A stretch of 64,000 nt of DNA from Lytechinus pictus (GCF_037042905.1 NC_087245.1:37636001-37700000); one strand, 5' to 3'; positions 13,101 to 27,562 are shown, numbered from the stretch's first letter. Numbers and translations: made by a program. Notes: generated from the letters alone by a model not told the origin.

Positions 13101-13673
13101 AAAAAACATACTTGACTGTTATTTCACTGATATGTGATATATACCAAATATTTTAAGAATTCACCACAACACATTAGGTGCAAGAACATTTCTTAATATG
13201 AGCTTGGTTCCATATGGCATACTTTGATCAAACAGATTAGCAGTTTATTGTCTCATTGCTATCCTATGTTTAGGTAGAGAACAGGATGCAACGGATATCA
13301 TAGTCTATGCTTGCTTCCACATTAAAGGCAAAGTGTAGTTCTGATCGCTAGATGTTCATGCTGAAGCAACTTTCAAAGCAATGGGGAAAGTGTTTTTGTT
13401 CCAACATAAACATGAAAGACTCTATGGCCCGTATTCTTAAATAGAGGTTTCAATTGCACCATGGCACAAGCCCAGACCATTTATTATGCAGATTTCTTGT
13501 ATCATCACACTTCATTCAAGCATGGATTTACAGCCCTTTGCCACAAGTGTCTATTTATGATTGGACTTTTCTTAACTAATGTACATAATGAAATACAATA
13601 CATGTAAGCAAAGAAATCTGTATAGTCCATGACCTTGTACGTTGTTGCTAGTGAAACCTCTTCTTAGAATATA

Positions 13674-14068
13674 GGCAGTGCTGCATCAGCTCGAGTTTGC
13701 TCAATCAAGATTTTTGCCCTATCGGCCCTCTTTGCGATTAATCTCGAGATTCAAGAAACCCTGTCTCCACCATCGCAAGAAGAGTGATTCCGATTCGAGC
13801 GAGGCATCGATGCATTATAGTCTGACGCCGTGAATAAATAATCCCGATTGCGTCTGCACCGGCGAATTAGCGGGATAATTCAAAATAGCGTGCTATTTTG
13901 CAAATAATCCCAAGTTGACTTGGGATTGCAATCTTGAGATTAATCCTGCGAACTAGCGCGATAATTGCGTCTCCATTACAAATAATCGCGAAATTGTTCA
14001 GATCGGGATAACTTGCCGGATCAGAAATAGCGCGCTAATTTGCAAACTCGGCCTGGTGCAGACGGCCC
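13674..14068. mobile_element. MITE family with GGC(A/C)GT..TGCACCAG termini (copies at 34843-35215 and 41633-42030)
   Basis: Terminal inverted repeats and three highly similar copies in the window. Confidence 0.85.
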
Positions 14069-14253
14069 TTATGGGCCCATATGTCCAAGCATGGACCCTA
14101 CTGGTCCCAGGATGTGAAATTCACCCACTTTATCAGCACAGTACAGCATTTGCACTGCACAATAACAAGTGCCTGAGACCACACTTCTCTTATGTGAATG
14201 CCCATCCTGAACTTTCCACACAAGAAATAAATAATGCTCACAAAATAACACAC

Positions 14254-14429
14254 CAGGGGGCCGTTTCATAAAGCTGTTCGTAAGATAAGAGCGACTTTAA
14301 GAACGACTGGTGAACAGTTCTTACGCGCTAAACCATCGCCAATGAATATACCATTTACCACAAGAAAGGATCACCAGTCGTTCTTAAAGTCGCTCTTAAC
14401 TTACGAACAGCTTTATGAAACACCCACCA
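14254..14429. mobile_element. Short near-perfect palindromic MITE
   Basis: gtttcataaagctgttcgtaagataagagcgactttaagaacgactggtga arms inverted around a short spacer; interrupted copy at 26902-27477. Confidence 0.85.
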
Positions 14430-14700
14430 GGGCCTGTCTTACAAAGAGTTGCAATTGATCCGATCAATCACAACTATGGAAAGCCAGCAAAGTCAACATA
14501 CAAAATGCATGTTTGTTTTAAAAAATTCTAAATATGAATGTATATCCATAAATTCATTGATTTCTTGACAATTTGGTGTGTTCTCCTTTGTTTACAGAGG
14601 AAATTTTTGCAAATTTTCTGGAGAAAAATTATGACACTGATGGATTTCCATAGAGTTACGATTGATTGGATCAATCGGAGCTCTTTGTAAGACAGGGCCC
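14429..14700. mobile_element. MITE with GGGCC..TCTTACAAAGAG termini, abutting the previous element
   Basis: About 55-bp imperfect terminal inverted repeats. Confidence 0.8.
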
Positions 14701-16174
14701 AAATTAACATCATCCCTCACCAAAATCTTTCTCAATTTTTTTTTCTGCTTTTATTAAAATCTTATCGAATTTCCACTTTAAAGAAAGTGCAACAAGAGAA
14801 TAGATGGATCACGACTTGTAAACCAAACCTGCTTGACACCGACACATGAAGTGTAAGGGCCTATGGAAATGCATTTTGACAGTGGGACCAAAACATGTTA
14901 CCAATACTAATTGGTAAAGTTGATAAAAGCAGCCTAAACTGAAAGACTCATTTTTTTTTATATTTGAACTTGAAAAATAATTAAAAAAGGTCAAATTAAT
15001 GAACTATAATTTTCATCACAATAGCTCCCTACACACATACATGTACATGAAATTTCTTCAACAAATATCTAATTATCTGCATTAAATAGAAAAGGAATGA
15101 ATTGTACAAAGAGGATTTCATGCTGGGTTTTCTGCACACATCCAAAATGAAAAGAATTTTTTTCATCACTGCCAAATTATTCCACGTTTGCATGACATGG
15201 GATCATGAAGAGTGGAATATGGGAATACCATAGTTTGCCCTTAACAGCTACTGACCGTAAAAAACACAGAGAGAGAAGGGAAGTAAACAACAAAAGTAAA
15301 TAAAGAAATACAAAGTGTTCCATCATGCGTTGACAAGCAATGCTAAAAACTACAACCAGCTTCCCATACACTGAGCCGCATGACAAAACCTTGGGACAAA
15401 ATTGAAAAATTATTCGATTTTATAGCTCATTTGATCCTTTGAGGTATTTCAGACTTTCAAACATTGTGCGCACGCAAGCCGCAAATCCTTCCATTTTCTG
15501 TCAGATTTCTTTAAATGTTGATAAAAAAAGCATGCATTAAAGTGTCTGAAGCATGTAAATGTATGACATGCATGAAGCCACACTCTCAGTACATCACTTG
15601 AATCAAACGTAAAGACGTAATAAAAAAAGAGTGAATGGTCATGCATTTAGGAGATTTTAGATTTGTTTGTGTGTGTACACATATATAGGTCTATCAATGG
15701 GTAATTAATCAAATTTGGAAGCATGTAAAACATACTTAAAACTTGTAAGATAAACATGATAACAGATTTATGTAGTGATAGTTAGAAAAAAAATTAATCC
15801 AATTATGATGTATGTCTTGAAGAGCTAGATAATTAGATGTTTTGGGGCTATTTCGTAAATGAAGAGTATGGAATGCTGCTTTTCACTGCATCATTGAAAT
15901 TAAATATACAGCAAAGCTGGAAAATCCTATTAAAGGCAGTAATCATAATAGTGACGGACTACATGTACGCCTACATGGACATTCCACATACCCATTCAGG
16001 CTGGTTTACATGTGCACAGACAAAAAAAGAATAGCCTATGGATCATTTAAAATTGTCATAGGGTTTGTTGCACGAAAATATTTGCAATCAATTTCAAATT
16101 TCTGATCAATGCAAACTGACAATCAAAAGATCAATTGTAACTAGAGCACATTGATTTTTAATAATGATAATAAT

Positions 16175-16468
16175 GTTTAATAATAATAATAGTCAGTTCT
16201 TGTATAGCGCATAACACATTATGAATAACGTATCTATGCACTTCCAAAGGACTTGGATATTATTACCCCGGCTGTAGCTCAAGCAGCCTTTCCAGCGCTC
16301 AGCATTTCAAGGAATAAATTCCTGCCAGGTACCCATTCACCTCACCTGGGTCGAGTGCAGCACAATGTGGATAATTTCTTGCTGAAGGAAACTACGCCAT
16401 GGCTGGGATTCGAACCCACGACCCTCTGTTTCAAAGTCCGGAGACTAATCCACTGGGCCATAATGCTC
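16175..16468 (-). mobile_element. Full-length CORE-like tRNA-SINE with (TTA)n tail, inserted in an older MITE (about 16060-16588)
   Basis: Minus-strand A/B boxes (tggcccagtgg, ggttcgaatccc), CORE-like ccttcagcaagaaattatccac...gaatgggtacc, L2-like tail gcgctatacaagaactgactattatta. Confidence 0.85.
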
Positions 16469-16967
16469 AATTCAAGAAGCAGACCGGGCAATGAAATACA
16501 AATATGTGATTGATTGCTACACTTATGATTGATTTCTTACTCAAAATTGACTAGCAATTGATTGCAGAGTTTCGTGTATAATGCCCCATTAGTTGAGTAT
16601 AACATAGCAACTTGTATCGGTGAAGAGTGAACATAATTTTGTTCTGATCTATTCATTTCTCACTTTTCATCCAGTTTGAGCTACCATTTAGCAAACCATT
16701 CACATTGGATTTATGCTGAATAGCAATGTGGAAAAAATATGGATAACCTTCTTTTGTTTTAAGGAATTATATGAAGAAAATGTAAAGAGGAGGTTCAAAA
16801 GGCCTCCTGGTCCAAGTCAAAGCGAATCAATGGAATTGGTGAGATCTGTCAAAACAAATCTACTCTCCAGCAGTGATATTACAAGTAATTCTTCACAGGC
16901 GAGCTCCGGTCACGAACAGGATCGAACTGCTGGGCTCGTAACAGGTGGAATGCCATCACAGAGTCGT

Positions 16968-17096
16968 GCCAAGGAGTTTCTAGCACTTTGGTCGTGCTAT
17001 GGGGGTACATAATGTAGTGCAAGCGACTTCCATGGAGTTTCTAGCGCTTTGATCGTGCTATGGGGGTACATAATGTAGTACAATCGACTTCCATGG
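16968..17096. repeat. Tandem duplication, 2 x about 61 bp
   Basis: ggagtttctagc(a/g)cttt..tcgtgctatgggggtacataatgtagt..aa.cgacttccat occurs twice. Confidence 0.9.
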
Positions 17097-17424
17097 TCAT
17101 AGAAACTAAAAGCATTAATACCTGAAGTCAATTGTCATGAAAGTTGGAGTGTAGCAATGTAGATTACATGATTGACATTTTAAAGAGCTATAAAAAGTAA
17201 TAAAAGCTTTATTAGATCGATTTACAGATTATACAGAGTAAGATATGTTCTGGGAACTGCACTTACACAAGGCCACTTGACTTAATTTATGCAGTTCCCC
17301 ATTTCATTTTCATTTGTTAAACTCTTGCTTGTAAATATATTGTTTTTCATACCTTGCTTTATAATTGCTTTTATCGAGAATGAAATAAATGCAAATTTAA
17401 TCAAATTGAAAAAAAAGATACTGT

Positions 17425-17518
17425 AGAAAGAAAGAAAGGAAGAAAGAAGGAAAGAAAGGAAAGAAGGAAAGATGGATAGATGGATGGATAGATGGATAGA
17501 TAGATAGATAGATAGATC
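17425..17518. repeat. Compound microsatellite (GAAA/GGAA)n-(GGAT)n-(GATA)n
   Basis: Directly visible. Confidence 0.95.
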
Positions 17519-17759
17519 GATCGTTGGCGTTCATCCGAACTGTCGTATCAGTCAATTATGGTTTTTTTTTTTTTTTTAATTGAGATTTTGCAGAAAATGA
17601 AAATTACAAACCCTATACTTCACAAAACTGAATTTCGAGGCAGCAATTTTACTTTAATTTCTGAGCTACATGTATGTGTATGTGATGCCGTACAAAGTTT
17701 GGATGAAATACGCCAATCCAATTGGAAACGTGGACTGTAGCAAAGCAAACAACAACTAA

Positions 17760-18139
17760 TACCCCTTTCATAAACCTATCCTCCAATTAGCCGCCTAATA
17801 GTAATGCGGATAATTCAATAAAAATTGCGTTCACAAACTCCGAAAATTATCCGCATTATTTTTACGAGCGCCCGTCCTGAAAAAGGCGGATAATCGTCAT
17901 GATAACTGGACACGCCCCCTCCGATGCGGTTGTGTTGGAAAAGGGTGACCTTGTGACCGCACCATGGCAATTATCCGCATTATTTGGAAATACGTTCATA
18001 AACTCAAAATCTTGTCCCGATGCTGCTATTATGCGGATAATTGCAGCATCAAAATAATGTGGATAAATCTGGTCCTCCTCCGATTTTACGACCAAATTAT
18101 GCTGCTATTAGCCGCATAATTGGGTTTATGAAAGGGGTA
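17760..18139. mobile_element. MITE with 3-bp TSD (PIF/Harbinger-like)
   Basis: TAA|TACCCCTTTCATAAACC...GGTTTATGAAAGGGGTA|TAA, with internal atgcggataat repeats. Confidence 0.85.
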
Positions 18140-18676
18140 TAATATGCAAACGTGCAGTCAGTCAAACCGTTGCATCTGCACTGCATAATTCGCACGTAAA
18201 AGAGCACGCACTGAATTCGCGGTCAGGGTTGTTGTATTCCCTATGGCGTTTTTACACATGGAAAATCTTAACCGCTCAAACTGAAGTTACAAGCATGTTT
18301 CTCTTTTGCGATATTTTATCTGATTCTTGCTTTTGTGTAAAAATAAAGATACCAATGTTATGTTAAGCAAATTGTCTTGGTCTTTCCAACCATACATTTT
18401 TCTAGTTATGCAAATGCTGTAGGTCTAGGGAATTAAGTGTGGAAATCAAAGTAAACTTTGTCTATTTTCTCTGAAATGGGTTTGCACTGCCGCATGCCGA
18501 TGAAATGGTTGAATGGATAGACAAATAATAGACAAATAGGCAGATTACAGTCTAAATTCAGTTCCTGGATCTAAAATGTATAACAACTAAAGCCAGGCTG
18601 AGTGTAATTACTGTGCTCTTGATGTGCATGGCTGCAAAGGAGTAGCTAGAACTATTCACATTACAATAATGAGTGT

Positions 18677-19026
18677 AAATTGCCAATTCTTCTACTGCCA
18701 ACTTGTCAACTAACCACATGGTCTACTTTCATTTAGTCTAATGCCATTCCGTCCATCAATATTTCATCTAACAACCATTTGGTCCATTAACCATTTGGTC
18801 CAATCATCTCTTTGTCTTATATCAATTTCATTTTCATTCATTTTGCACAATTTAACACTTAGTCCAATTAGACCAAATGGTATATGGACTAAATGGCTGT
18901 TGGACCAACTTGTTATTGGACGGAATGGTACTAGCCTCGATGTAAGTAGACCATGTGGTGAGTGGACGAAGTGATGGTGGACCAAATGATAGTAGACGAG
19001 TTGGCAATCGGACGAATTGGCATTTA
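18677..19026. mobile_element. MITE with AAATTGCCAATT termini and internal gtcta/tagac repeats
   Basis: Inverted arms with periodic ggtc(c/t)a / t(a/g)gacc units; explains the ORFs at 18741-19105. Confidence 0.75.
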
Positions 19027-20559
19027 TAGACGAATTTAGTAATAGAAATAAACCTGTAAAAGCACGACAACAAAAACCATGATGATAAAATGCACAAACA
19101 GACAATTATTATTCCACTTCGGTTCTGTCCGGCTGTTTAACCAGTCTCCTCTAATCACTCGCTATTCTTTGAAATTTTATAAAGCATGAGAGTGGATTTG
19201 AAACTAATCCTGTATACCATCAATGAAGTGGGATGCACTATTTTAATATCTCTTTCAGCTCACCTCCAGCTCATATCTAAACTAATACAGAAGTGTTCAC
19301 ATGAACGTCACTGAAATTAGATGACATAACATGGTCTACTGCCTGCCAGGCATGCTCTTTCTAATTACGTTCTTTTATTTCAAAACAAAAGCCTTCAACA
19401 CACCTATGGATATAGGTGAACAAATCTATTGTATTTCACAGTTTTTGTGACATATTCCAATACATTAGAAGTAAGCGTGTGTGATGCATGGATGAGACTT
19501 TGGATAGCCATATTCTTGCTGCCAAAAAAATGTGACATTTGAAGGTCATTCCTGAAAGGACTTTGAACATGAAATATTCCCTCAATTTGAGCAATGAAAT
19601 ATGTTTATTGGATGCAAGTGCCAAGGTAATTTCATTTTGTGACCCTAGTTTATTTTACATCACCCAACACCACTTATCCGACACCGCTACTTCCCATTCA
19701 CTTTTTTTACACCTAAACTGAAATGAGGCTGGTGCTTTCATCAGGTGTTGAGGTATCACTTTCGTTAACCCTCATTCAGTGTTGGAACAAGATTTTATTA
19801 TATCGCATATCCTACCTTTTCACATGTGAATCTTTAATGATTGCAGGCGATTATGATTCTAATCATGTTCTAGTTTGGTTTCACACGTGCTAAAAATTCA
19901 TCATTATTATTTTTCACTGGAATCATCATTCAAATTACGATTTTTGTTACTGTGTGAAAGGGCGGCTAGTTTATTTCCATGATACAGTACTTGTATATAT
20001 GAAATTAGTAGGCCTACTCCTTGTTAGAAATGAGAAAAATAATAACAAAAGTTAACTGACGAGACAGCCTATAAGCACTTACACCAACACGTACACTGAA
20101 CTTAAAATCGCCCAGCATGATGTTCTTCAAAACACGGTACTATATAATGTATGTAGTATGTACACTGTACATGTATGTATTTCCACACAAAGTTTACTCC
20201 ATTTATTAGAAGAGAGACAGAACCCATCATTCGGTTTTGACGAAGCTACTTTAACTATTCTAAATCCAGACTAATCCAGAACTTTTCCGTTTCATTTCTT
20301 CTTTTGTCCACGAAACCTTGTAAAATCTAGTAAAATTTCAATCTTTATGAAGATACAAAGAGGAGATCAGTAGAGCATTGTGGGACTGCACAGGCCTGGA
20401 GGAAAAGCATAGCACATCCTGTATTCTACGGGTTACAATACATAGAATAATATATCCCCTGCGAAGGGCCCCCAAATCAAATGGCCAAAGAGATGAATGG
20501 AATGATGATAAAAAGCAACAAGAAAGAAAGGCATCTTCCCATCATACATTGTACACAAC

Positions 20560-20790
20560 CGGGTGGTCGGGGGTTCAAACCCCGGCCGCGTCAGACCAAA
20601 AGACGTTAAAAGATGGAAGTTGCTGTTACCCTGTTTGGCGTTCAACGATTAAAGGGATAGAGCCTCGTCGATCTGACGCTGCACAGCGGCTGCCGGGCCC
20701 ATGATCAATTGGGCAGAGCAAATTTTCTGAGTATTTCATTTCATGTCTATTTCGAACAATAAAATATGGATTTTCATTTTTCATTTGAAA
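20560..20790 (+). mobile_element. 5'-eroded tRNA-SINE with a Meta-domain-like core
   Basis: B box ggttcaaacccc followed by gtcagaccaaaagacgttaaaagatggaagttgctgttaccctgtttggcgttcaacgattaaaggg (recalled MetaSINE core), with a tttca-repeat tail. Confidence 0.7.
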
Positions 20791-21786
20791 CATGAAAGAA
20801 AAAAATGGTATAGGGACAACTCTTCTTCGATGATGTCATAAACCCGAATCAAACCTACTGTCATCTGCTTTCTCAAACCAATTTAGTGGAAACCAGACTA
20901 CATGCAATGGGAATGCTTTTAAGCAGACTTAGAAGCTACAGTTCATGTATCTTTAGTGGTCTTCCAAACCACTTTTGAAATCCACCTCGCTATGTGGTTT
21001 TCAAATTGACACGCATGCTAGACTATTCTCAAGACCTACATGTACTTACTGTTGATAAAAGTACCAATCAGGGTCTGTGCCTATAGACTGCAGAATCCCC
21101 TTTAAACACCATTATCTCTACAATTCCACCCCCTCCCCTTCCCACCATTATCATATGATACTTATCAAGACTAACAAAATTAATTGATAGTTACATACTT
21201 ACATCTAGACTTATATAGTTCTCACATATCAGTGATGGGCCTACATGTAACCATAAAAAATTATATCGTTGATCACGACATGCATCATAAGTCCAAAATC
21301 TACAGTGTTCTTATCTTGCCGGAATATTTCCATGTTCACGCATAGAGCAAATAAGTGTTTGTTTTTTGTAAACACGTTACAATATTCAGAACTAGAGAAT
21401 GTTGATTATATTCCATATCTGTTCACATAAATTTAGTTTCATGAAGATAGATAGTTTGATGAAGATAAAAAGTGTGAGTACATCATCTACCAAGTTCCCG
21501 AGGTTTGATGTGCATTGTTTAGATAAAAGAACATATAAAGGATCTGACAGTTTCAATACTTATCCTAGGGGCAAGGTCTATTCTTGATTATCTGTTATAA
21601 AGCACTACCTTGTTCCACGCTCAAATAATGGGCCTACAAATAGTCAGCTTTGGAAATACATGACAATAAAACCCCTAAATGTCCGTCTATTGACCCCTGC
21701 TATCGGGTGGTCAAGCGACTTGTATCGCCAATGACAGATACGTATCTGTATGTCAGTACAGATGTGCTGAATAGGCCTATATTTTA

Positions 21787-22369
21787 AAGGCATACACCAG
21801 GCTGAAAATAATTACATCGAAATAATTAAAGTAAAATTCACCAAGCAAAACGCTGAAAATTTCATCAGAATCTGTAAACAAATAACAGAGCTATTGAATT
21901 CTAAAGTTAAGAAATATATTGTAAAAACAGTTTAATATAATATGCACATCGTCACGATGCAATAGTTGGGCCAATGATATCACGTCCCCACTTTCCCTTT
22001 TCTTATATTACATCAAATCATAACTATATCATATTTTCATGTCTACCTTCAAACAAAACAAGTTCCAGCAATGATTATATTAGATATTAAATCAGCAGCC
22101 AATCATTTTTTTGTATTCTTTGAGGGCATAATTTCAATAAATATAATTTCACATAATATCATAAAATTTAATCATAATAAGTGTGGGTATGATCTCATCA
22201 GCTGGCTAAAAGGAAAACATGCATAAACCATTTGACCAAAACAATGCAAAACTTTAAAATATCATAACTTTTTTTCATTCCTTGTCCAATTTTGAAATTT
22301 TCAGTGTTTGTTTGTCTGATTTTACTAAATTTGTTCAATTCGAATTATGTTCAGCTTAGAGTACCCCCT
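21787..22369. mobile_element. Old Kolobok-like MITE related to family A
   Basis: TTAA-flanked, AGGG...CCC termini, shared gctgaaaatttcatca / gaaattttcagtg arms. Confidence 0.65.
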
Positions 22370-24629
22370 TAAATGTTTCTTTAATCATTAATTTAATAAT
22401 CATCAAACCTTGGGTTGAGATAGTTTGACAATTTTGTATTGGTTATTAAATGATCCCAAAAATATATTATTGGGAAATGAAACTGTTTCAATCTGTTTCA
22501 ATCTCTCAAGTAATGACATTTTATGAATGAGTATTACTTAGAAAGCTAATTGAAATAATCATGCACCGGAAATAGTGGTGGTCGGTCAATACTGTTGAAT
22601 CACCACAAGTCTATATGAGACATTATTAGAGTAATAAAAACTACAATGTATGTAAGCTTAATGCACAATTAATTAACTTCTGTCAAAGATCAATTGTTTG
22701 GAAGGAAGTGAGCTACAGAATAACTCTCAAGTTTATTCATTTTTTCTTGAATATGTGAGATCTTGTTCTAATTTCTACACAATTTCACAGGCAAAGCAAT
22801 CAGTAGTCAAAGCTCACAGTGTAGGCCTACAAGTAGCAATACAATTTACATGAAAGCAAATTGATCTTAAACTAGAGAGAAAGTTAGGCGAGACAGATGA
22901 ATTATCGTGAGCTTCCAGAGGCTTTCCTATTATTCAAAATGATAAGATTAATAAAATGACCACTGATGAGAATTCATCTTAAAATGTTCATATATATCTT
23001 TCCTATATTCATTGTCTTTTGTACCCTGAGTTAATTCTGGGGGATAATAGTGACGATTGATTTTGTGACATGTAAAAAAATCTAGATTCCATATTGCACC
23101 ATTCATAGTGAAACTTATTATATAAATGTTACACAATAACTGTACTCATTTGTTAGCTTCTCTGGTATAAATTAAAGGTAAGGTTACCATGAATGTTGAA
23201 TTTGATAATATGAATGTGAAAAATTGCAATATTAGCATGCAATGAATTGATGATTCCAAAAACTTAAAAAGAATATACATATTCTTAATAGTCCATTAAC
23301 CTTCCCAAATCACTTTCATGATTCAGTGTCTTGTGCAATTCATTCTCAAGATCTAAACGTTATATCAGTTCTCTTGTATAAAGTAGTTCTGTTTTCCAAT
23401 TAAAATGCATTTTGAAGATTTGAAGTAGAATAATGAGTTCTTGTTGTATGCATTCCTCTGATCCAAATTAGAACATCTGAATGACTGATGATATGATGAA
23501 GAGTTTAATAGCAATTCACAGTATAATTCCCCCTAAGGCTGAAATACCTTTCCTAATGAATATCAACAAAAACAATTCAAAATCTCATCCTTACTACTGA
23601 CACAATACACCACATTGACAATGGAATTGATTAATTGTGGTTGCATTAGTGCCTAACTTTCATTTGATCCTGCCCAGCAAGAATGGACTATTATTATACC
23701 TGGAAGGACACCATGTATCAAACAAACGGCCAAACATCAAGTCGTAGATCTAGATGGGCATCCAATAAGAACATGCAGGAATCATTCTGGAGCCGAGACA
23801 CAAAGTACAAAGCGGAATCAATGGTCTCGCATACCAACAGCCCCCACACGGGCATACCTGACTATTGTCAGGCCTCACTTTTGTTTTCACCTCAAATTTG
23901 CAATTTGCCTCTATGGTAGGGTTCTGATTGCGAACTCGCTATTGTCCGCTTGTTTGCTGGGTTTGATCGCTTGGTACTCTAGCACCCAGAAGTCTCGACA
24001 ATGAAGCGACTTTTCTCCGAAGATATTTCACATCGTTTCTAATGAATCATAACCCGCCGATTTATCTTTTTCTATTCGACAATAAAAGACATGGGAATTC
24101 TGTTCCGTCCTGTGGTCAAAGCTCATAGTGGGTTCTCATTCAATGGTGTACGTGTACAGTACACTATCAATAAGACAATTAACCACACTGTTGAACTTTT
24201 CAAAAGCAATTGGAGAGACCTCATTATTTGTTTAGTGTTTACATAGATTCTCTTCTTTGAACAGAGTCGATAATGGACCGGAAGCTGCATGGATGGGAAT
24301 TAAAAAGAGAAAAGCTACACCACATTCGTACCTAAAGGTAAATAAGTAAAGAACATTTCAGGGGGAATTATGTATTTTGTTTTCATATGGTCAATAAAAC
24401 ATAAAGATGATGAATAAATCATAGATAAAAGAATGGGGGGGGGGGGTAAAGAGAGATCAGAATAGTTCTCATATTTAAACTTCATATATGTATAGGCCCT
24501 ACAGTGTTACTACAATACATGTAAGAAACATCCAATAAATAAATCACATTTTGTCAAAAAAAGTTTGATAATGCCTCTCCTACTACTACTGCATGTATGG
24601 ACTGCTGAAAGTGAGTTTCTGCTATTAAA

Positions 24630-24670
24630 TACTATCACTACTACTACTACTACTACTTCTACTACTAACA

Positions 24671-24761
<91 letters not shown>

Positions 24762-24784
24762 TTACTACTACTACTATTACTTCG

Positions 24785-24822
<38 letters not shown>

Positions 24823-24925
24823 CATTATCACTACAATTACCACTACTACTACTACTATTACTACTACTACTACTACTACTACTACTGCTAGTACTACTAC
24901 TACTACTACTAATACTACTACTACT
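24630..24925. repeat. (TAC)n trinucleotide microsatellite, about 290 bp
   Basis: Directly visible; source of the poly-Tyr and poly-Val ORFs. Confidence 0.98.
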
Positions 24926-26179
24926 CTTTTAAAAAGCTTGCTAATTACAACCTTGTGAAAACCTCATTTGTCTGCAGAAGAAAATGCTCATACACTATTT
25001 TCAAAATATTTTCCGGAAATTCATACACATTTGTCCCCACCCTTTTTCTTATAATGAACAAACCTAATGGTCTGGAATTCCAGTGAGTGAAAACTTTATT
25101 ATTTTCTCATCTTGGTTAACAACAGAGACAGACGGAGAGACACTCCCTCAATCAAATAACATTTCGTGTTTGTCTTCATGTGTTTGCAAATGTAACCATC
25201 GGCTTCTACCGGACAAGCACACACTGCATTAATAGTTCAGTTAACTCGTACAAGATCATCTACCCTGCGCATGCTGGAGATAGATAAGAGCAAAAAGGTT
25301 TATCAGCAGAAGAGGGGTTAATTACCACTGTAAGGAGCTCATTCCAAGCCCACGCAAGGGTCAAGGGTCAACATATGTGAGTTTACGGTTTCATACAGCG
25401 GAAAATAAGCTGGAGGTGTATTCATGTTGAGACGAGGGATCAGCATAAACATTCTTTCCCATTCCAAGGAACGAAGGAAAAAAAAAACCAAGAAAAACAT
25501 GAATGTAATATCTGACCATATCTGTTCATGAAGTCATAACTTGCCTCAGCCATTTTATCAGTGCCCCAGATGCCTTGCAACATTTTTTCATGAAATAAAT
25601 CAAACAAGTAGGCCCAATGTAAAAGATCACAGAAGCAAAGAATGCCTAATTCCAGATGTAAAAAAAATGGCATAGGCCTATTACCTTTTTAAAATAAAAG
25701 TACAGTGACTTCATGATGATTGTATTTTGTATTGTAATTTGTATGTTTTAAATGCAATTGTTTTAGCATGTGCTTTTATATTTATATATAAACAATTTAA
25801 CAATTCATTCCGAACAAACACCATAGTTCTTTTGCATCATAAAAGTGAAGGTCCGTGACTGCACTTCTATTCAAACCTCCTGTTCTGAAAAAAAGTACTG
25901 TGAACTTTAAAATAACAAGTTGAATGGATCATAAAATATGTGTTGATACTGATCAGATAAACTGGAATCTTATTTCACATAATATCAAACTTTCGGTTTA
26001 TGTTAATGAATAATTTCTGGATACCCAAATGAAATGTGATTTGCCTTGTCATTCGACTGCTATACCAAATATTTTTGTGGGTATATTTCAAGGTTTGTTT
26101 TAAAATAAGAATAAATTTGTTGACAAATTCCTTTTTCTAAAGATCTTTTTCAACTATTGAATCAGCGTGAGCACAGCTC

Positions 26180-26385
26180 TAGGTGCTTCGAAAGGGACTT
26201 GGATATTCTTAACCCGGCTTTAGCCCTGCAAGCCTTTTACAGCATACAAGCATTTGATAATGAATTGATTCAGGTAAGGTATACATGTACATAATTACTT
26301 CCCCCGGGTTAAGTGCACCATAGCTTGGATTCGAACCTAAACCCTTTATTACAAAGTCTAGAGGCAAATCCACTGGGCCACAACG
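26180..26385 (-). mobile_element. Degenerate CORE-like SINE copy
   Basis: ggacttggatatt...ggattcgaacc...atccactgggccacaacg matches 16175-16468. Confidence 0.7.
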
Positions 26386-26936
26386 CGACGCAACATATAA
26401 AGATGGCAATATTGTGAAGGAAGAGACCTAAAATATCCAAGGTTCACATTTCAGGTCAGAAACCACGGAACTCGGGGGAGCAGGAAGGTCTTTGGTAGCA
26501 AAAACAAATCCCTCATGTTATCGGATATATGCGTAGGAGGATATTTCTCAACTTCTCTTTCTTTGCATTTAACAAGCTGTCAGAAAAGGTGAAAATTAAC
26601 ATCCACATTCAACGTTACTATAGAGAATGAAATACTTTGTTACAATTTAAACTCCACTAAAATTGAATGTCAATTTTTCAATTGTTTTTTTTTTTTGGTA
26701 CACATGATAGGAGAATCATTCTCGCAATATCTACATTGCAATCATGATTAAGTCCTTCAGGGCCATGTAACATAAGCCTAATGATTGATTCTGGGATTGA
26801 TTTGTAAGACTGATCATCACCATACACACTATTCTATGTAATCAATCGTAGAAATCAGACCTACATGCATGATCAATCGCTACGCTTTATGATACGAGGC
26901 CCTGGTGGGTGTTTCATAATGCTGTTCGTAAGTTAA

Positions 26937-27331
26937 AGGTAAATTCCAGTTCTGGTAACGATCTCAAAATGACTTTTTACAGAATCTAATATAATGACTA
27001 CCCAAGTGTCTGTTTGTATGAATAAAAAATATGTGCTAAAGGATTCTGGAAGAAATTGTGTAATTGCTGAGAAATAAGCAAAATAAGCGCGGATTCGGTC
27101 ACTTCCGTCGGGTCTTTATTCCAGCAATAATAATACACTGTCCCACGTGTGCCTATCTTTGTTGGCGATCTTCAGTGTGATCGTATTTCAGCGTAGATTT
27201 TATGATTTCACAAAGTTCAGTTTATGTAACTGTACCAGATCTAGATCCACGATGATATAGTCATACTTAACCTTGGTTTTACAGACTTTCTCACGAAATT
27301 AGTGTTTTACTGCAACTACTTTCATTTAGCT
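26937..27331. mobile_element. Kolobok-like MITE family C nested in the palindromic MITE 26902-27477
   Basis: TTAA at 26933-26936 and 27332-27335; the flanks rejoin to the element seen intact at 14254-14429. Confidence 0.85.
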
Positions 27332-27562
27332 TTAAAGCGACTTTAAGAACGACTGGTGATCCTTTCTTGTGGTGAATGGTATTGAATTGGCTATGGTTTA
27401 GCGCTTAAGAAGGGTTCACCGGTCGTTCTTAAAGTCGCTCTTAACTTTTAAAAAACGCTTTATGGAACGGCCCCCTGGTCCATGTAAACTGTTCAACACC
27501 TCAAATCTCAAAGTCAGTATCGACACCTGCCAATGGACTGTCACGTAAATGCGTTCTGAAAA

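Noticed and set aside
22940..23300. Hydrophobic minus-strand translation resembling transmembrane helices
   Set aside because: No diagnostic motif; AT-rich DNA readily yields hydrophobic peptides.
24565..24891. Poly-Tyr and poly-Val ORFs
   Set aside because: Artefacts of the (TAC)n microsatellite.
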